A stretch of DNA of 64,000 nt from an uncultured cyanobacterium. Its GTDB lineage: Bacteria; Cyanobacteriota; Cyanobacteriia; Cyanobacteriales; CAWCAG01. The stretch is from the NCBI GenBank assembly GCA_963793425.1, contig CAWCAG010000007.1, forward strand, positions 896,001 through 960,000, given 5' to 3'. Of the stretch, positions 49,120 to 59,071 are shown one piece after another (position 1 is the stretch's first letter; the number at the start of each line of letters is the position of its first letter). The notes under the pieces are model-generated. The model was not told where the DNA came from. It saw only the letters and a list, made by a program, of their open reading frames with translations, and did no database searches. The position numbers were made by a program, and so were the translations under genes.

Positions 49120-49641
49120 ATGAATATTCTTCAAAAGGGTTTAATCGGTGTCAGCTTAGTTGCGTTACTAGCAAGCTGTAGCCCAGATGCTAATACAAAA
49201 TCACCCGCGACGGAAACTTCAAAAGCAACACCGGCTGAAGTGAGGCCAGTAAAGGACAAGACTACCTCAGCACAAAAAGATAGTGAACTACTCTCAACCA
49301 TTGATGTGAAGCTATCAGATGGCAAGGTTGAGCTTTCCGAATCCCAGGTTAAAGCGGGGCCTCTAGAATTTAAAGTTCACAATGATACCACTGAACCGTT
49401 AGAGCTGGCAGTGATTAAAACAGAGGTTGAGCCAACCAAAATCATGGTTAAAGAAGGGAAGATTGATAAAACGCAAAAAGGAGTTGAAGTAATTTCGCAA
49501 TTACGCGATCGCCCAATCAAGCCTGGACAAGAACAAACCATTGCAGAAACCTTTGAGCCAGGAGAATATACTGTAGTAGTGACTTCCCCTAACCAGGCTG
49601 AGCCAATTGCCTATTCTACTTTAACCCTGCAACCAAAGTAG
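49120..49641 (+). CDS. Lipoprotein with cupredoxin-like (EfeO N-terminal-like) fold lacking copper ligands
   Basis: LLAS-C lipobox; VKAGPLEFKVHN, PGQEQTI, FEPGEY; no Cys/His/Met ligand loop. Confidence 0.6.
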   Translation: MNILQKGLIGVSLVALLASCSPDANTKSPATETSKATPAEVRPVKDKTTSAQKDSELLSTIDVKLSDGKVELSESQVKAGPLEFKVHNDTTEPLELAVIKTEVEPTKIMVKEGKIDKTQKGVEVISQLRDRPIKPGQEQTIAETFEPGEYTVVVTSPNQAEPIAYSTLTLQPK

Positions 49642-49853
49642 TTTTGTAGAGTTCAAGGAGCAAGTTAGCATAATCAGCGCCTGAAGCATTTTGCCTTGGG
49701 CGCTTAATTTTTGTTAACTTTGATCTGAAATTTGGATAATTGACCTCAAAGAGATTCTATGACTGGGGATCAAAGCAGTTTAAGCAAGCTGGCTTATGAT
49801 AATTTTTAGATCTTCTTAATTCAATTCCCATGCCTTTATCTATATAATCTTCA

Positions 49854-50927
49854 ATGAAATCTCCTAGATCCTTACCTTTCTGGACGAAAGTAGGATTAGC
49901 CTTCCCGGTATTATTTCTCAACGGCTGGCTATTTGTGATTGTTGTGGAATATTTTCGGTCGCTGATTACCGTTGGCATAATCGCAACTTTACTAGCTTTT
50001 GTTTTAAGCTACTTTGTCGAATGGCTAACCAGATTGAGAATGAAGCGCGATCGCGCAGTTTGGGCTACCATTGCTTTAACCTTAATTTTACTAGGAATTG
50101 CTGCTGTTACCATTGTTCCTTTGATTATTGAGCAACTCAACCAGTTAGTAGAGAGATTGCCTAGTTGGATTGAATCAGGAACACAACAACTGCAAACCCT
50201 TAATCAGCAGGCAGCTAGCCGTAAGCTACCCATAGATTTTACCGGCATCTCTACCCATCTACGGGAAAAGCTGGCAGAACAATTACAGTCTTTAACCGGA
50301 GAGATTCTCAGTTTTGTTTTAGGGACTGTAGATAGCTTGGTTAACTTACTCCTCACTATGGTTTTAACCTTTTACCTCCTGTTGCATGGAGATGAACTTT
50401 GGGAAGGTATTTGGCAATGGCTACCTCAATCCTGGAATTTAGAAGTACGTCCTTTGCTACGGCAGAATTTTCGTAACTATTATCTGGGGCAAGCCTCTTT
50501 AGCCGGATTGATTGGCATTTCTATTTCTTTGGCTTTTTTAGTTCTAAAAGTTCCTTTTGGTGTATTATTCGGCTTAGGAGTTGGTATCCTCGCCTTGTTT
50601 CCCTTTGGGGCTTTTTTAGGAATTTGTTTAGTGAGTTTGTTGGTAGCCCTTACTAGCTTTTGGTTAGGGGTTAGAGTCTTAATCGTCGCCATAATTATTG
50701 AACAAATTATGGAAAATGTCATTGCCCCACGGTTGTTAGGGGGATTCACTGGGCTTAATCCTGTATGGATTTTAGTTGCTTTGTTGATTGGTGCAAAAAT
50801 TGGTGGTCTTGTGGGACTGTTAATTGCAGTACCAATGGCGGGTTTTATTAAAAGCACAGCAACTGTTTGGCAAAGAGAAAGAAGAACCCACTCCGTAGGA
50901 GAAAAAGTTGACCTTGAGCAAGCATAA
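49854..50927 (+). CDS. AI-2E family transporter
   Basis: Multi-TM; NYYLGQ, LFPFGA, ENVIAPRLLG...GLNP, GLLIAVP. Confidence 0.9.
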   Translation: MKSPRSLPFWTKVGLAFPVLFLNGWLFVIVVEYFRSLITVGIIATLLAFVLSYFVEWLTRLRMKRDRAVWATIALTLILLGIAAVTIVPLIIEQLNQLVERLPSWIESGTQQLQTLNQQAASRKLPIDFTGISTHLREKLAEQLQSLTGEILSFVLGTVDSLVNLLLTMVLTFYLLLHGDELWEGIWQWLPQSWNLEVRPLLRQNFRNYYLGQASLAGLIGISISLAFLVLKVPFGVLFGLGVGILALFPFGAFLGICLVSLLVALTSFWLGVRVLIVAIIIEQIMENVIAPRLLGGFTGLNPVWILVALLIGAKIGGLVGLLIAVPMAGFIKSTATVWQRERRTHSVGEKVDLEQA

Positions 50928-51093
50928 ATCAAAAGCAAGAAAATTTCTACTTTTAGCGATCGCAAGCTTAGTAGTTACCCTTCTTGTAGCAGGGGCAATT
51001 TACTGGTATATCTATATTGCAGGTGCGCCCCAGTTAGATCCTCCCCAAGAAACTACCAAAAACACTGGGATGCAATTTGAGGTAGAAACTTAA
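50908..51093 (+). pseudogene. N-terminal fragment of a membrane-anchored esterase-family protein
   Basis: TM helix then IAGAPQLDPP...FEVET, ending abruptly; recognised from recollection of cyanobacterial esterase N-termini. Confidence 0.45.
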
Positions 51094-51177
51094 CAGTCCT
51101 CAAGATTTTGTTTCCCAAATACCTGTTAAGAATTTACTTAGATGCAGGGGCCGATGATAAAAAATATAATGTTTATG

Positions 51178-51474
51178 CTAATCAAATAAACCTTCTACTT
51201 TTTGCTTAAACGCGATCAAAGCATGGTTCCTAGGAAAATGTTTTAAATCTGTCAGTAATTGCTCAGATGTCTCTTCTGAAACAATAGTTTTGACTTCAAT
51301 ATTGGTATTATAACCCGCCATATCTCCCATCCGCCTACCATGACCACCTGCACCTTGGGCTGGAATAATCGTGTATCCAGAGACGCTTAGTGTTTGTAGT
51401 AACTTAATCAGGCGATCTTGTAAAACTGCTTCACAGATGATGGTTATGAGAATTCCTTCGTTTAAAGAAGACAT
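51178..51474 (-). CDS. PII-like (SbtB-type) signalling protein
   Basis: LITIICEAVL, SGYTI..AQGAGGHG, NIEVKTIV. Confidence 0.75.
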   Translation of the reverse strand: MSSLNEGILITIICEAVLQDRLIKLLQTLSVSGYTIIPAQGAGGHGRRMGDMAGYNTNIEVKTIVSEETSEQLLTDLKHFPRNHALIAFKQKVEGLFD

Positions 51475-51810
51475 ATAAAACTCCGAAGATAGTTTTTAGA
51501 AATTAAACTTTATTTATAAAGCTCTTTGAGCATAGCTTGTTTTTGACTTGAGAAAAATTAAATTTACAAAAAAAAGGAATTGGTATTTTTGATGACTAGA
51601 AGAATTATTTAAAAATATAAATTTGGTAAGGGAGTGCAAAAGAATGTGCGAATACCAAAGTATATATAAGGTGATTCAACATTGATCAGTTACGATTAAT
51701 GACATAATAAAAGAAGAATTAGAGAAGAATTCACTCAAGTATTTTGACTAGAGAAATCAGCATTTTTCCATGGTGATAGCTAGTCTAGCAATTACCGTAC
51801 ATCAACGAAA

Positions 51811-52356
51811 ATGAACCCTATAGATCAACCAAAATATTTCTCTCAAGTAACTCCAGAAGAGTACCAACTGCTGCAACAACTGCGAGAACATAGCCCTGGT
51901 CAAAACCCTCCTAAACCTCGCTCAGGGAAAGGAGAGCGTCTAGCAGACAATTTTGCAGCTACTATGGGTTCTTGGCGCTTTATTATTATTCAAAGCGTGC
52001 TTTTATTCTTTTGGGTTGTTGCGAATATTGTTGCTTTTATTAAGCACTGGGACCCTTATCCTTTCATTCTCTTAAATTTGATGCTCTCTTTCCAAGCTGC
52101 CTATGCAGCCCCCATCATTATGATGAGTCAAAACCGCCAAGCAACTATTGACCGTCAGGAAGCTAAACACGATTACGAAGTTAACATGAAAGCTGAGCTA
52201 GAAATTGAGTTGTTGCACGATAAAATGAATGCTTTACGTTTAGAAGAAATAGTTGAATTGAAGAACTTGCTGTTGGCGCAAAAAGAGCAAATCAAAGGAC
52301 TTGAAGAGTTATTACAACAAAATTTATCGAGAAATAACTCTACCCTAGACTCCTAA
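51811..52356 (+). CDS. DUF1003 membrane protein
   Basis: GSWRFII, WDPYPFILLNL.LS.QAAYAAPIIMMSQNRQ, NMKAELEI. Confidence 0.92.
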   Translation: MNPIDQPKYFSQVTPEEYQLLQQLREHSPGQNPPKPRSGKGERLADNFAATMGSWRFIIIQSVLLFFWVVANIVAFIKHWDPYPFILLNLMLSFQAAYAAPIIMMSQNRQATIDRQEAKHDYEVNMKAELEIELLHDKMNALRLEEIVELKNLLLAQKEQIKGLEELLQQNLSRNNSTLDS

Positions 52357-52393
52357 AATAGAAATATCTATTAGCTGAGCATGATTAAATCCT

Positions 52394-54067
52394 ATGGGCG
52401 ATCGCAAAACTCAAAAAATAGGAGTTTATTTAGCTGCATTCCTAACCGCTTTAGTAGGAATTGTTAACCTGCTTTCTTCTGTCACTCCTAGCTTGCATGA
52501 TAGAGCAATGTGGCTTAGAGAGATTTTTCCTTTGGAAGTGCGGGCTAGCGGTCACATTTTTGCTGCCTTGAGTGGTTTTTTTCTCCTTGCCTTAGCCACT
52601 AATTTGCTACGACGCAAACGAGTAGCTTGGTTACTCACTGTTGTCCTTTTAGTTGTTTCCATTATCTCTCACTTACTCAAAGGCTTGGATTGGGAAGAAA
52701 GTCTACTTTCCGTTGTCTTACTGTTGCAACTGCTTGTCATGCGCCCTGTATTTACTGCCCGCTCCGATCCACCTTCAATTGCCCAAGGAGTCAGGCTTTT
52801 AATCGGTGCATTACTTTTCACTTTAGCTTACGGTACAGCAGGGTTCTTTCTGCTAGACCGCTACTACAACGTTAATTTTAATTTGCCTGGTGCAATTCTG
52901 CAAACCTTGGCAATGTTTTTCACCTTTGATAATGCTGGGCTACAAGCAACTACACGCTTCGGACGCTTCTTTGCTAATTCTGTTTATCTTGTGGGGGGGA
53001 TCTCTGGGTTAACGGCTTTATTCATGCTGCTGCGTCCAGTCTTATTAAGGGGTTCGGTGGCTTCAAGCCAAGAAAGAAAACGAGCAGAGGCGATTGTTGC
53101 AGACTACGGACACTCTTCTTTAGCTCGGTTTACTTTGTTTGCTGACAAAGCTTACTATTTCAGTCCTTCAGGACGGAGTTTTCTTGCTTATGTACCCAAG
53201 GGCAGAGGTGCAATTGCTTTAGGAGATGCAATTGGGCCAAAGGAAGATCGCCAAGAAATAATCATCAGCTTCCGGGAGTTTTGTCAGCGCAACGATTGGT
53301 ATCCGGCTTTTTACCAAACCTTACCAGAGGATCTAGAAATCTACCAATCTTTAGGCTTTAAAGTATTAACCATTGGTGAGGAAGCCATTGTTGATCTGAA
53401 AACTTTTACCTTGCAAGGTAAACCAGGCAAAAACCTCCGGACAATTATGAATCGTTTTGCGAAGTTGAAATATGAGGTCAATTTCTACCAACCTCCTATC
53501 TCTGACAAATTACTGCAAAAGCTGCGCGTTATTAGTGATGAGTGGTTGAAAGTGATGCAGGGAGCAGAAAAACAGTTTTCTCTTGGTTGGTTTGATGATG
53601 AATATTTAAGAGACTGTGAAATTGCTACTGTCCAGAAAGCAGAGGGAGAAATAACTGCTTTTGCTAATGTTGTGCCTGAGTATCAGTTAAATGAAATTAC
53701 CATCGACTTGATGCGTAAGCGGACAGAGGTGGAATCTGGCACTATGGATTTTCTCTTTATTTCCCTATTTCAGCATTTTAAAGAACAGGGCTACGATAGC
53801 TTTAATTTAGGTTTGTCAGCACTTTCTGGGGTTGGTGAACAGACAGAATCCCCACGCTTGGAAAAAGCCTTACATTATCTCTACGAACACTTAAACCAAT
53901 TTTATAACTTTCAGGGCTTGCATACATTTAAAGAGAAATTCCATCCCCGCTGGGAACCTCGCTATTTGGTTTATCCTAGTGCAGCAGCTTTGCCAGAAGT
54001 AGTTGTCGCTTTAATAAGAGCAGATTCAGGGGATCGCTTACTAGATTACTTTAAACCAGGTAATTAA
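52394..54067 (+). CDS. mprF: MprF-type phosphatidylglycerol lysyltransferase (synthase / DUF2156 part)
   Basis: TM region, DKAYYFS, IGEEAIVDL, EKQFSLG, IDLMR, FNLGLSAL, YNFQGL..FKEKF.P.WEPRYL. Confidence 0.85.
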   Translation: MGDRKTQKIGVYLAAFLTALVGIVNLLSSVTPSLHDRAMWLREIFPLEVRASGHIFAALSGFFLLALATNLLRRKRVAWLLTVVLLVVSIISHLLKGLDWEESLLSVVLLLQLLVMRPVFTARSDPPSIAQGVRLLIGALLFTLAYGTAGFFLLDRYYNVNFNLPGAILQTLAMFFTFDNAGLQATTRFGRFFANSVYLVGGISGLTALFMLLRPVLLRGSVASSQERKRAEAIVADYGHSSLARFTLFADKAYYFSPSGRSFLAYVPKGRGAIALGDAIGPKEDRQEIIISFREFCQRNDWYPAFYQTLPEDLEIYQSLGFKVLTIGEEAIVDLKTFTLQGKPGKNLRTIMNRFAKLKYEVNFYQPPISDKLLQKLRVISDEWLKVMQGAEKQFSLGWFDDEYLRDCEIATVQKAEGEITAFANVVPEYQLNEITIDLMRKRTEVESGTMDFLFISLFQHFKEQGYDSFNLGLSALSGVGEQTESPRLEKALHYLYEHLNQFYNFQGLHTFKEKFHPRWEPRYLVYPSAAALPEVVVALIRADSGDRLLDYFKPGN

Positions 54068-54302
54068 TCAGTCTATAAAAATGACTTAACCTATCCCTCT
54101 TCTGTCAATCTCCGGAAACAAAAGTCATTTCTAAATTCTGGAGCTTTTGTATAGTATGCGATCGCAATATTTTTTCTTCCTAAAAATTCTTGCAAGCAGC
54201 AAAATTGCCAAAATTCGATTATTGCACTCTGCATTCCCTAGTATATCATTTGTCCAGGAAGTTCAAATAATAGGAAAAATCGGAATCTGACAGAAGAGGG
54301 CT

Positions 54303-55046
54303 ATGCCCCCATCAGAAACCGCCAATCAACCGCAGCGCCCACCGCGAAATAGCCGCCCCCTGTCAGAAATCCTCTCAGTGCTGCTGGGATTTATTCTCTT
54401 TGGGCTTTCTATTTGGACAATCGCTCAAGAATTTCGCAAATATCATCCCCGCAAAGTGTGGCACAGTCTGGATGCCATCGCCCCTGAATATCTATTGTTG
54501 GCTGTAGGACGAACAGCACTCAACTATTTGATGCTAACTGGCTATGATAGCCTAGCGGTAAGGTATGTTCGTCGTCGACTTAACTATGGCAAAATTGCCC
54601 TAGTAAGTATTATTAGCTACGCCATCAGCAACAGCGTCGGTTTTGCCCTACTCAGTGGTAGCGCCATTCGCTATCGATTTTATACTCAGTGGGGGTTTTC
54701 TAAGATTGAGATTTCCCTGGCTCAAATTGCTGTCACCTCTTGCGACTGGACTCTAGCAGCAGGAGTTCTCTACCTCTTGTTGCCAACGCCCACACCGCTC
54801 TCCTTTCCAGGCTTTTTTGGTATTTACCTCCTGGCTCAGCTAGCTGGTATCATTAGCAATGTACCAGGTGGATTGGGAGTGTTTGAAACTGTATTGCTAT
54901 TCCTGCTATCACCCCCAGTAGATTCCGCCGCTCTTCTGGGGACTCTGCTAGCCTATCGTGGCATTTACTACTGTTTGCCGTTGCTTGTGAGTGTTCTATT
55001 GTGGGGTCTTTATGAAATGAGAGCTTATCTTTCCAAACGTGGCTAA
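54303..55046 (+). CDS. MprF flippase / lysylphosphatidylglycerol synthase TM-domain protein, apparently internally deleted
   Basis: LTGYD.LA, SNSVGFALLSGSAIRYRFY, SNVPGGLGVFE, LLAYRGIYY; GFSKIEI joins directly to SLAQI. Confidence 0.7.
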   Translation: MPPSETANQPQRPPRNSRPLSEILSVLLGFILFGLSIWTIAQEFRKYHPRKVWHSLDAIAPEYLLLAVGRTALNYLMLTGYDSLAVRYVRRRLNYGKIALVSIISYAISNSVGFALLSGSAIRYRFYTQWGFSKIEISLAQIAVTSCDWTLAAGVLYLLLPTPTPLSFPGFFGIYLLAQLAGIISNVPGGLGVFETVLLFLLSPPVDSAALLGTLLAYRGIYYCLPLLVSVLLWGLYEMRAYLSKRG

Positions 55047-55087
55047 AGTTTTTTTACCGTATCGTTCGACAATATTTACTTCGGCAA

Positions 55088-56935
55088 ATGACTTTTTATT
55101 CTCAACTAAAGCACTGGCTACTAGGTCAACCTTTACCCACTAGCGCTTATGAAGAAGAGCGTTTAAGCAATGCTGCCGCCTTGGCGGTGTTATCTTCTGA
55201 TGCTCTTTCTTCCGTTGCCTATGCTACTGAGGAAATTCTTCTGGTTTTAGTATTGGCAGGAAGTGCTGCTATAAGTTTAGCTTTACCTATTGCGATCGCA
55301 ATAGTACTTCTTTTAGGAATCATCGCCCTATCCTATCGCCAGACTATTCGGGCCTATCCTAAAGGGGGTGGTGCTTATATCGTGGCCCGGGAAAACCTGG
55401 GGATTTATCCAGGGTTAATAGCGGCAGCTTCTTTAATGATTGATTACATTCTCACCGTGACAGTAAGTGTTTCGGCGGGTATTGCTGCTCTAATCTCTGC
55501 TATACCAGCTTTGCAGCCCTTGGCTGTAGAATTATGTTTAGGGCTAATTTTCCTCTTAATGGTGGCTAATTTAAGGGGATTGAGGTCTTCGGGTCAAATT
55601 TTTACTCTACCTACCTATGCTTTTATTTTCAGTATTTTAGTTTTGATTGTTGTAGGGATTTTCCGGCAAGCAACGGGGCAAGTCGTCCCAGTAGCAACGC
55701 AAATCGAAGCTACTACATCCTTGAGTCTTTTTTTCATCTGTCGTGCCTTCGCTGCGGGTTGCACCGCCTTAACAGGAGTAGAGGCAATTTCTGATGGAGT
55801 ATTAGCTTTCAAAGCTCCAGAATGGCAAAATGCCCGTCGAACTTTGCTGTATATGGTGGTAATTTTAGGAACTATGTTTCTTGGCATTACCTACCTCACC
55901 CGCATTTATCAAATTGTGCCGCAAACAGAAGAAACAGTACTTTCGGTGTTAGGGCGAGAGATTTTGGGTACTGGTTGGTTATACTACGGCTTGCAGGGGG
56001 CAACCCTCTTAATTTTGCTGCTAGCAGCTAATACCAGTTTCTCTGACTTTCCCCGCCTTTGCTACTTTCTCTCCCGCGATCACTTTCTCCCCAGACAGTT
56101 ATTATTGCTGGGCGATCGCTTGGTTTATTCCAATGGGATTATTCTCCTTAGTATTTGTGCTGCCTTCCTCGTGGTTATTTTCCAGGCACAAGTTAATGCC
56201 ATTATTCCTCTCTATGCTGTAGGAGTTTTTACCTCTTTTACCCTCTCTCAAGGGGGAATGGTACGCCACTGGTTTGTCGAACGAGGTTCAAGATGGTTAA
56301 TAAGTGCTGGGGTTAATGGTTTTGGTGCAATGATTACAGCTATTGTTTTAGGGATTATTGTTACGACTAAATTCTCTCAAGGGGCTTGGTTAGTAATTAT
56401 TGCTATTCCTTGTGTTGTCAGTTTGTTTTTAGCCATAAACCGCTATTATCAAAAGATGGAGAAATGTCTCAGCATTGTCGGAGTTGAACCCCGAAACTAT
56501 TCTCAAAGACCTAAAATAGAGGAAGTTACCCATCCTGCCGTAGTTTTTGTAGGACAATTACACCAAGGCACTCTGCAAGCCCTCAATTATGCTCGTTCTA
56601 TTGCTGATGAAATTGTGGCTGTTCATGTGGATCTTGGCGAGGCTGATAGAGAAGCCTTAAAGCAACAATGGCAACAACTTGAGTCAGATATTCCCCTGGT
56701 GATTCTCGACTCTCCTTATCGTTCTGTGGTTGCCCCTTTAAGCGAATTTGTTGCTCAACATCTGGGGGGATTTTCTACCATAATCATTCCCGTATTTGTG
56801 ACTCGCCATTGGTGGGAAGATTTGTTACATAACCACACCGCTTTGTTTCTGCGTCAATCCCTTCGTACCAAACACTCGCCTCATCTGGGCTATTTTTCTC
56901 ACTATTTGTGGCTATACAGTCATGACAGAGTATGA
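55088..56935 (+). CDS. APC family permease (KimA/YdaO-like K+ transporter), C-terminus replaced by a fusion
   Basis: LSSDALSSVAYATEE, YPKGGGAY, DYILTV, GCTALTGVEAIS, IPLYAVGVF, SPYRS, WWEDLLHN. Confidence 0.85.
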   Translation: MTFYSQLKHWLLGQPLPTSAYEEERLSNAAALAVLSSDALSSVAYATEEILLVLVLAGSAAISLALPIAIAIVLLLGIIALSYRQTIRAYPKGGGAYIVARENLGIYPGLIAAASLMIDYILTVTVSVSAGIAALISAIPALQPLAVELCLGLIFLLMVANLRGLRSSGQIFTLPTYAFIFSILVLIVVGIFRQATGQVVPVATQIEATTSLSLFFICRAFAAGCTALTGVEAISDGVLAFKAPEWQNARRTLLYMVVILGTMFLGITYLTRIYQIVPQTEETVLSVLGREILGTGWLYYGLQGATLLILLLAANTSFSDFPRLCYFLSRDHFLPRQLLLLGDRLVYSNGIILLSICAAFLVVIFQAQVNAIIPLYAVGVFTSFTLSQGGMVRHWFVERGSRWLISAGVNGFGAMITAIVLGIIVTTKFSQGAWLVIIAIPCVVSLFLAINRYYQKMEKCLSIVGVEPRNYSQRPKIEEVTHPAVVFVGQLHQGTLQALNYARSIADEIVAVHVDLGEADREALKQQWQQLESDIPLVILDSPYRSVVAPLSEFVAQHLGGFSTIIIPVFVTRHWWEDLLHNHTALFLRQSLRTKHSPHLGYFSHYLWLYSHDRV

Positions 56936-57245
56936 CACTTTAGCAGCAACCTACATTCGCCATCGGCTTTCTTACCAGAAAACGGCCCTTGCAGCTTTTA
57001 TTACCATTGCCATTAGCAACACCGTAGGCTTAGCTTTGCTTAGTGGTAGTGCGATCCGCTATCGTCTCTACACAGCTTGGGGTTTATCAAAAGCCGTGGC
57101 AAGGCTTTGCAGTGGAAAAAATCAGTTTTTCTAGTTCCCTCTCCCAGACTTGCTGCTACTCAAATACTTATTTCTTCCCTAGATTGGGCTATGGCTGCGG
57201 GAGTTCTTTTTTTACTCTTAAATACTTATTCCCAATTATCATTAG
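56885..57245 (+). pseudogene. Second MprF flippase-domain gene, fragmented
   Basis: LAIFLTICGYTVMTEYDTLA...SNTVGLALLSGSAIRYRLY, frameshift, LVPSPRLAATQILISSLDWAMAAGVLF; no N- or C-terminus. Confidence 0.75.
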
Positions 57246-57351
57246 AAATATCATCACCTAGAGGCGGCCCGTCACCGATAAACAAAACTAATGGAGTCGC
57301 CTTATAAAGCCCACATAATCAACAAATTGGAGCTAAATTCCTCACCAAATA

Positions 57352-57365
57352 GTAACTTTAGTTAC
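57352..57365. promoter_or_regulatory. NtcA box upstream of the nirB-like gene
   Basis: GTA-ACTTTAGT-TAC (GTA-N8-TAC); no canonical -10 at 22 nt. Confidence 0.55.
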
Positions 57366-57612
57366 AGAATTCCCTACAGAATTATTTGTTGCATTACAAT
57401 TATGCAGGAAGGGCATTATAAAACTTGTTAAAAACAGCAAACTTTGCTCACACTAGAAGTTAAGTATTCAAAACCTCAAGCATCTTGACTAAATTTATTT
57501 GCAATTAGCCATTAACAAAAATCAAAGGGGTTGCTTATTCATTTTGGGCTAATTATATACAGAAGGGAATACATTACCAGCAAACTAACTATCAAAGTGC
57601 AGACATAAAATT

Positions 57613-58875
57613 ATGCCAACTATTTTAGAACAAGCTAGTTTAACTGTCGAAACTAAAAATTGGGCTTTGGTTAATCACTATTTGCAACAATTACCCCTGG
57701 AAAGAAAGAAACCTCAGTTAATTAAACTAAGTGAGCCTGAATTAAACGAAGCAATTAATATAGCGCTACGGGTTTTAAGAGAAAGTAACTTTCAACAACG
57801 TTGGGAAGTAGCTAAAACCTTTCCTAAACTAGGAACAAAAACGATTGAGCCTTTATTAGAAATACTACACAACGAGACAGAAAATTGGGAGACTCGTTGG
57901 TTCGCGATTAATATTTTAGGTAGGTATAGTGACCCTAAAGTTGTCATTGCCTTAATAGAATTACTTCACAACAGTGATGATGAGGAACTATTAGAACCAG
58001 TAACTGAAGCTTTAATTAATATTGGTAGCCCAGCCATAAAAGCTTTAAGTGAATTATTATTAGAAGAAGAGTTTCGCCTCTTAGCAGTGCGTTCCCTCGC
58101 TTATATTCGCCGCTCAGAAACTATTCAACCTTTGCTAACAGTAATAAACGACCCAAAGCCAGAAATAAGAGCGATTGCCATAGAAGCATTGGGTAGTTTT
58201 CATAACCCTCAAATACCACCAATTTTAATTCAAGCACTGCAAGATGAAACAGCACAAGTTAGGAAAGAAGCCGTTAAAGCTTTGGGAATTCGTGCTAAAC
58301 AACTCAGCCAATTTGATTTAGTTAAATATCTAAGTCCTTTACTTTATGATCTTTCTTGGGAAGTCTGTAAACAAACTGCGATCGCACTAGGAAGATTAGG
58401 CAACGAAGCAGCAGGGAAAGCTTTATTTGAGGTTTTTCAGTCTCCTACTACTCCAGACTTGCTGAAAATAGATATTGTTCGGGCTTTAGGTTGGATTGCC
58501 ACAGAAAAAGTATTAGCTTATTTTCAACAAGCATTAAATCAAAGTGGAGTGTCCGTTTGTCAGGAAATTATTGTCACTTTAGGGCGCATATCTAAACCAG
58601 AATTAAAACCTCAAGCTGCCAGAATACTTGTTCACTTCTTTTACTCTCAACAAAGTTATATTGAGCAACCCTTAATTAAGCAAACCTTAACAACATCTTT
58701 AGGATTTTTAGGAGAAAAAAGTGCAATCACACTATTAACTAAATTGTGCCAAGATCCAGAACAAGCCACACGGTTACACGCCATAGCTGCTCTGAAGAAA
58801 ATTCCTCAATCCTCCCAAGATTTACTTTCAGCAGAAAGCCTCCCGCCTCGAATTTCCAGTGCTTTCATCCCATAA
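57613..58875 (+). CDS. nirB: HEAT/PBS-lyase repeat protein, probable cyanobacterial NirB (nitrite reductase accessory)
   Basis: FQQRWEVAK, RWFAINILG, repeated R..A..ALG HEAT units; clustered with ntcB-cnaT. Confidence 0.6.
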   Translation: MPTILEQASLTVETKNWALVNHYLQQLPLERKKPQLIKLSEPELNEAINIALRVLRESNFQQRWEVAKTFPKLGTKTIEPLLEILHNETENWETRWFAINILGRYSDPKVVIALIELLHNSDDEELLEPVTEALINIGSPAIKALSELLLEEEFRLLAVRSLAYIRRSETIQPLLTVINDPKPEIRAIAIEALGSFHNPQIPPILIQALQDETAQVRKEAVKALGIRAKQLSQFDLVKYLSPLLYDLSWEVCKQTAIALGRLGNEAAGKALFEVFQSPTTPDLLKIDIVRALGWIATEKVLAYFQQALNQSGVSVCQEIIVTLGRISKPELKPQAARILVHFFYSQQSYIEQPLIKQTLTTSLGFLGEKSAITLLTKLCQDPEQATRLHAIAALKKIPQSSQDLLSAESLPPRISSAFIP

Positions 58876-58910
58876 TTTCCTAATTAAAATTGTTTATTTT
58901 GTATAATTGT

Positions 58911-58983
58911 ATGCACTAATCGCATCATACTCTAGGTTAATGTAGCCAAGAATACAAATTATTTTTGGGTATGTATTTAACTT
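58911..58983 (+). promoter_or_regulatory. nirA-type promoter: NtcB LysR box + NtcA box + -10
   Basis: ATGC-ACTAATC-GCAT (58911-58925); GTA-GCCAAGAA-TAC (58942-58955); 22 nt; TAACTT (58978-58983). Confidence 0.85.
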
Positions 58984-59071
58984 CTTTAAGTAACTAAGCA
59001 TAGTAGAATCCCTGAAGCTTCATCTATGCCTAAAAAATGAAGTGAAATTTTATGTAGGTGTGAGGAACAAA

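Noticed and set aside
55047..55087. c-di-AMP (ydaO) riboswitch before the KimA-like gene
   Set aside because: Only about 40 bp of intergenic space and no motif
57390..57406. TGCAT-N7-ATGCA palindrome as an NtcB box
   Set aside because: Half-sites are in the opposite orientation to ATGC-N7-GCAT and there is no properly spaced -10
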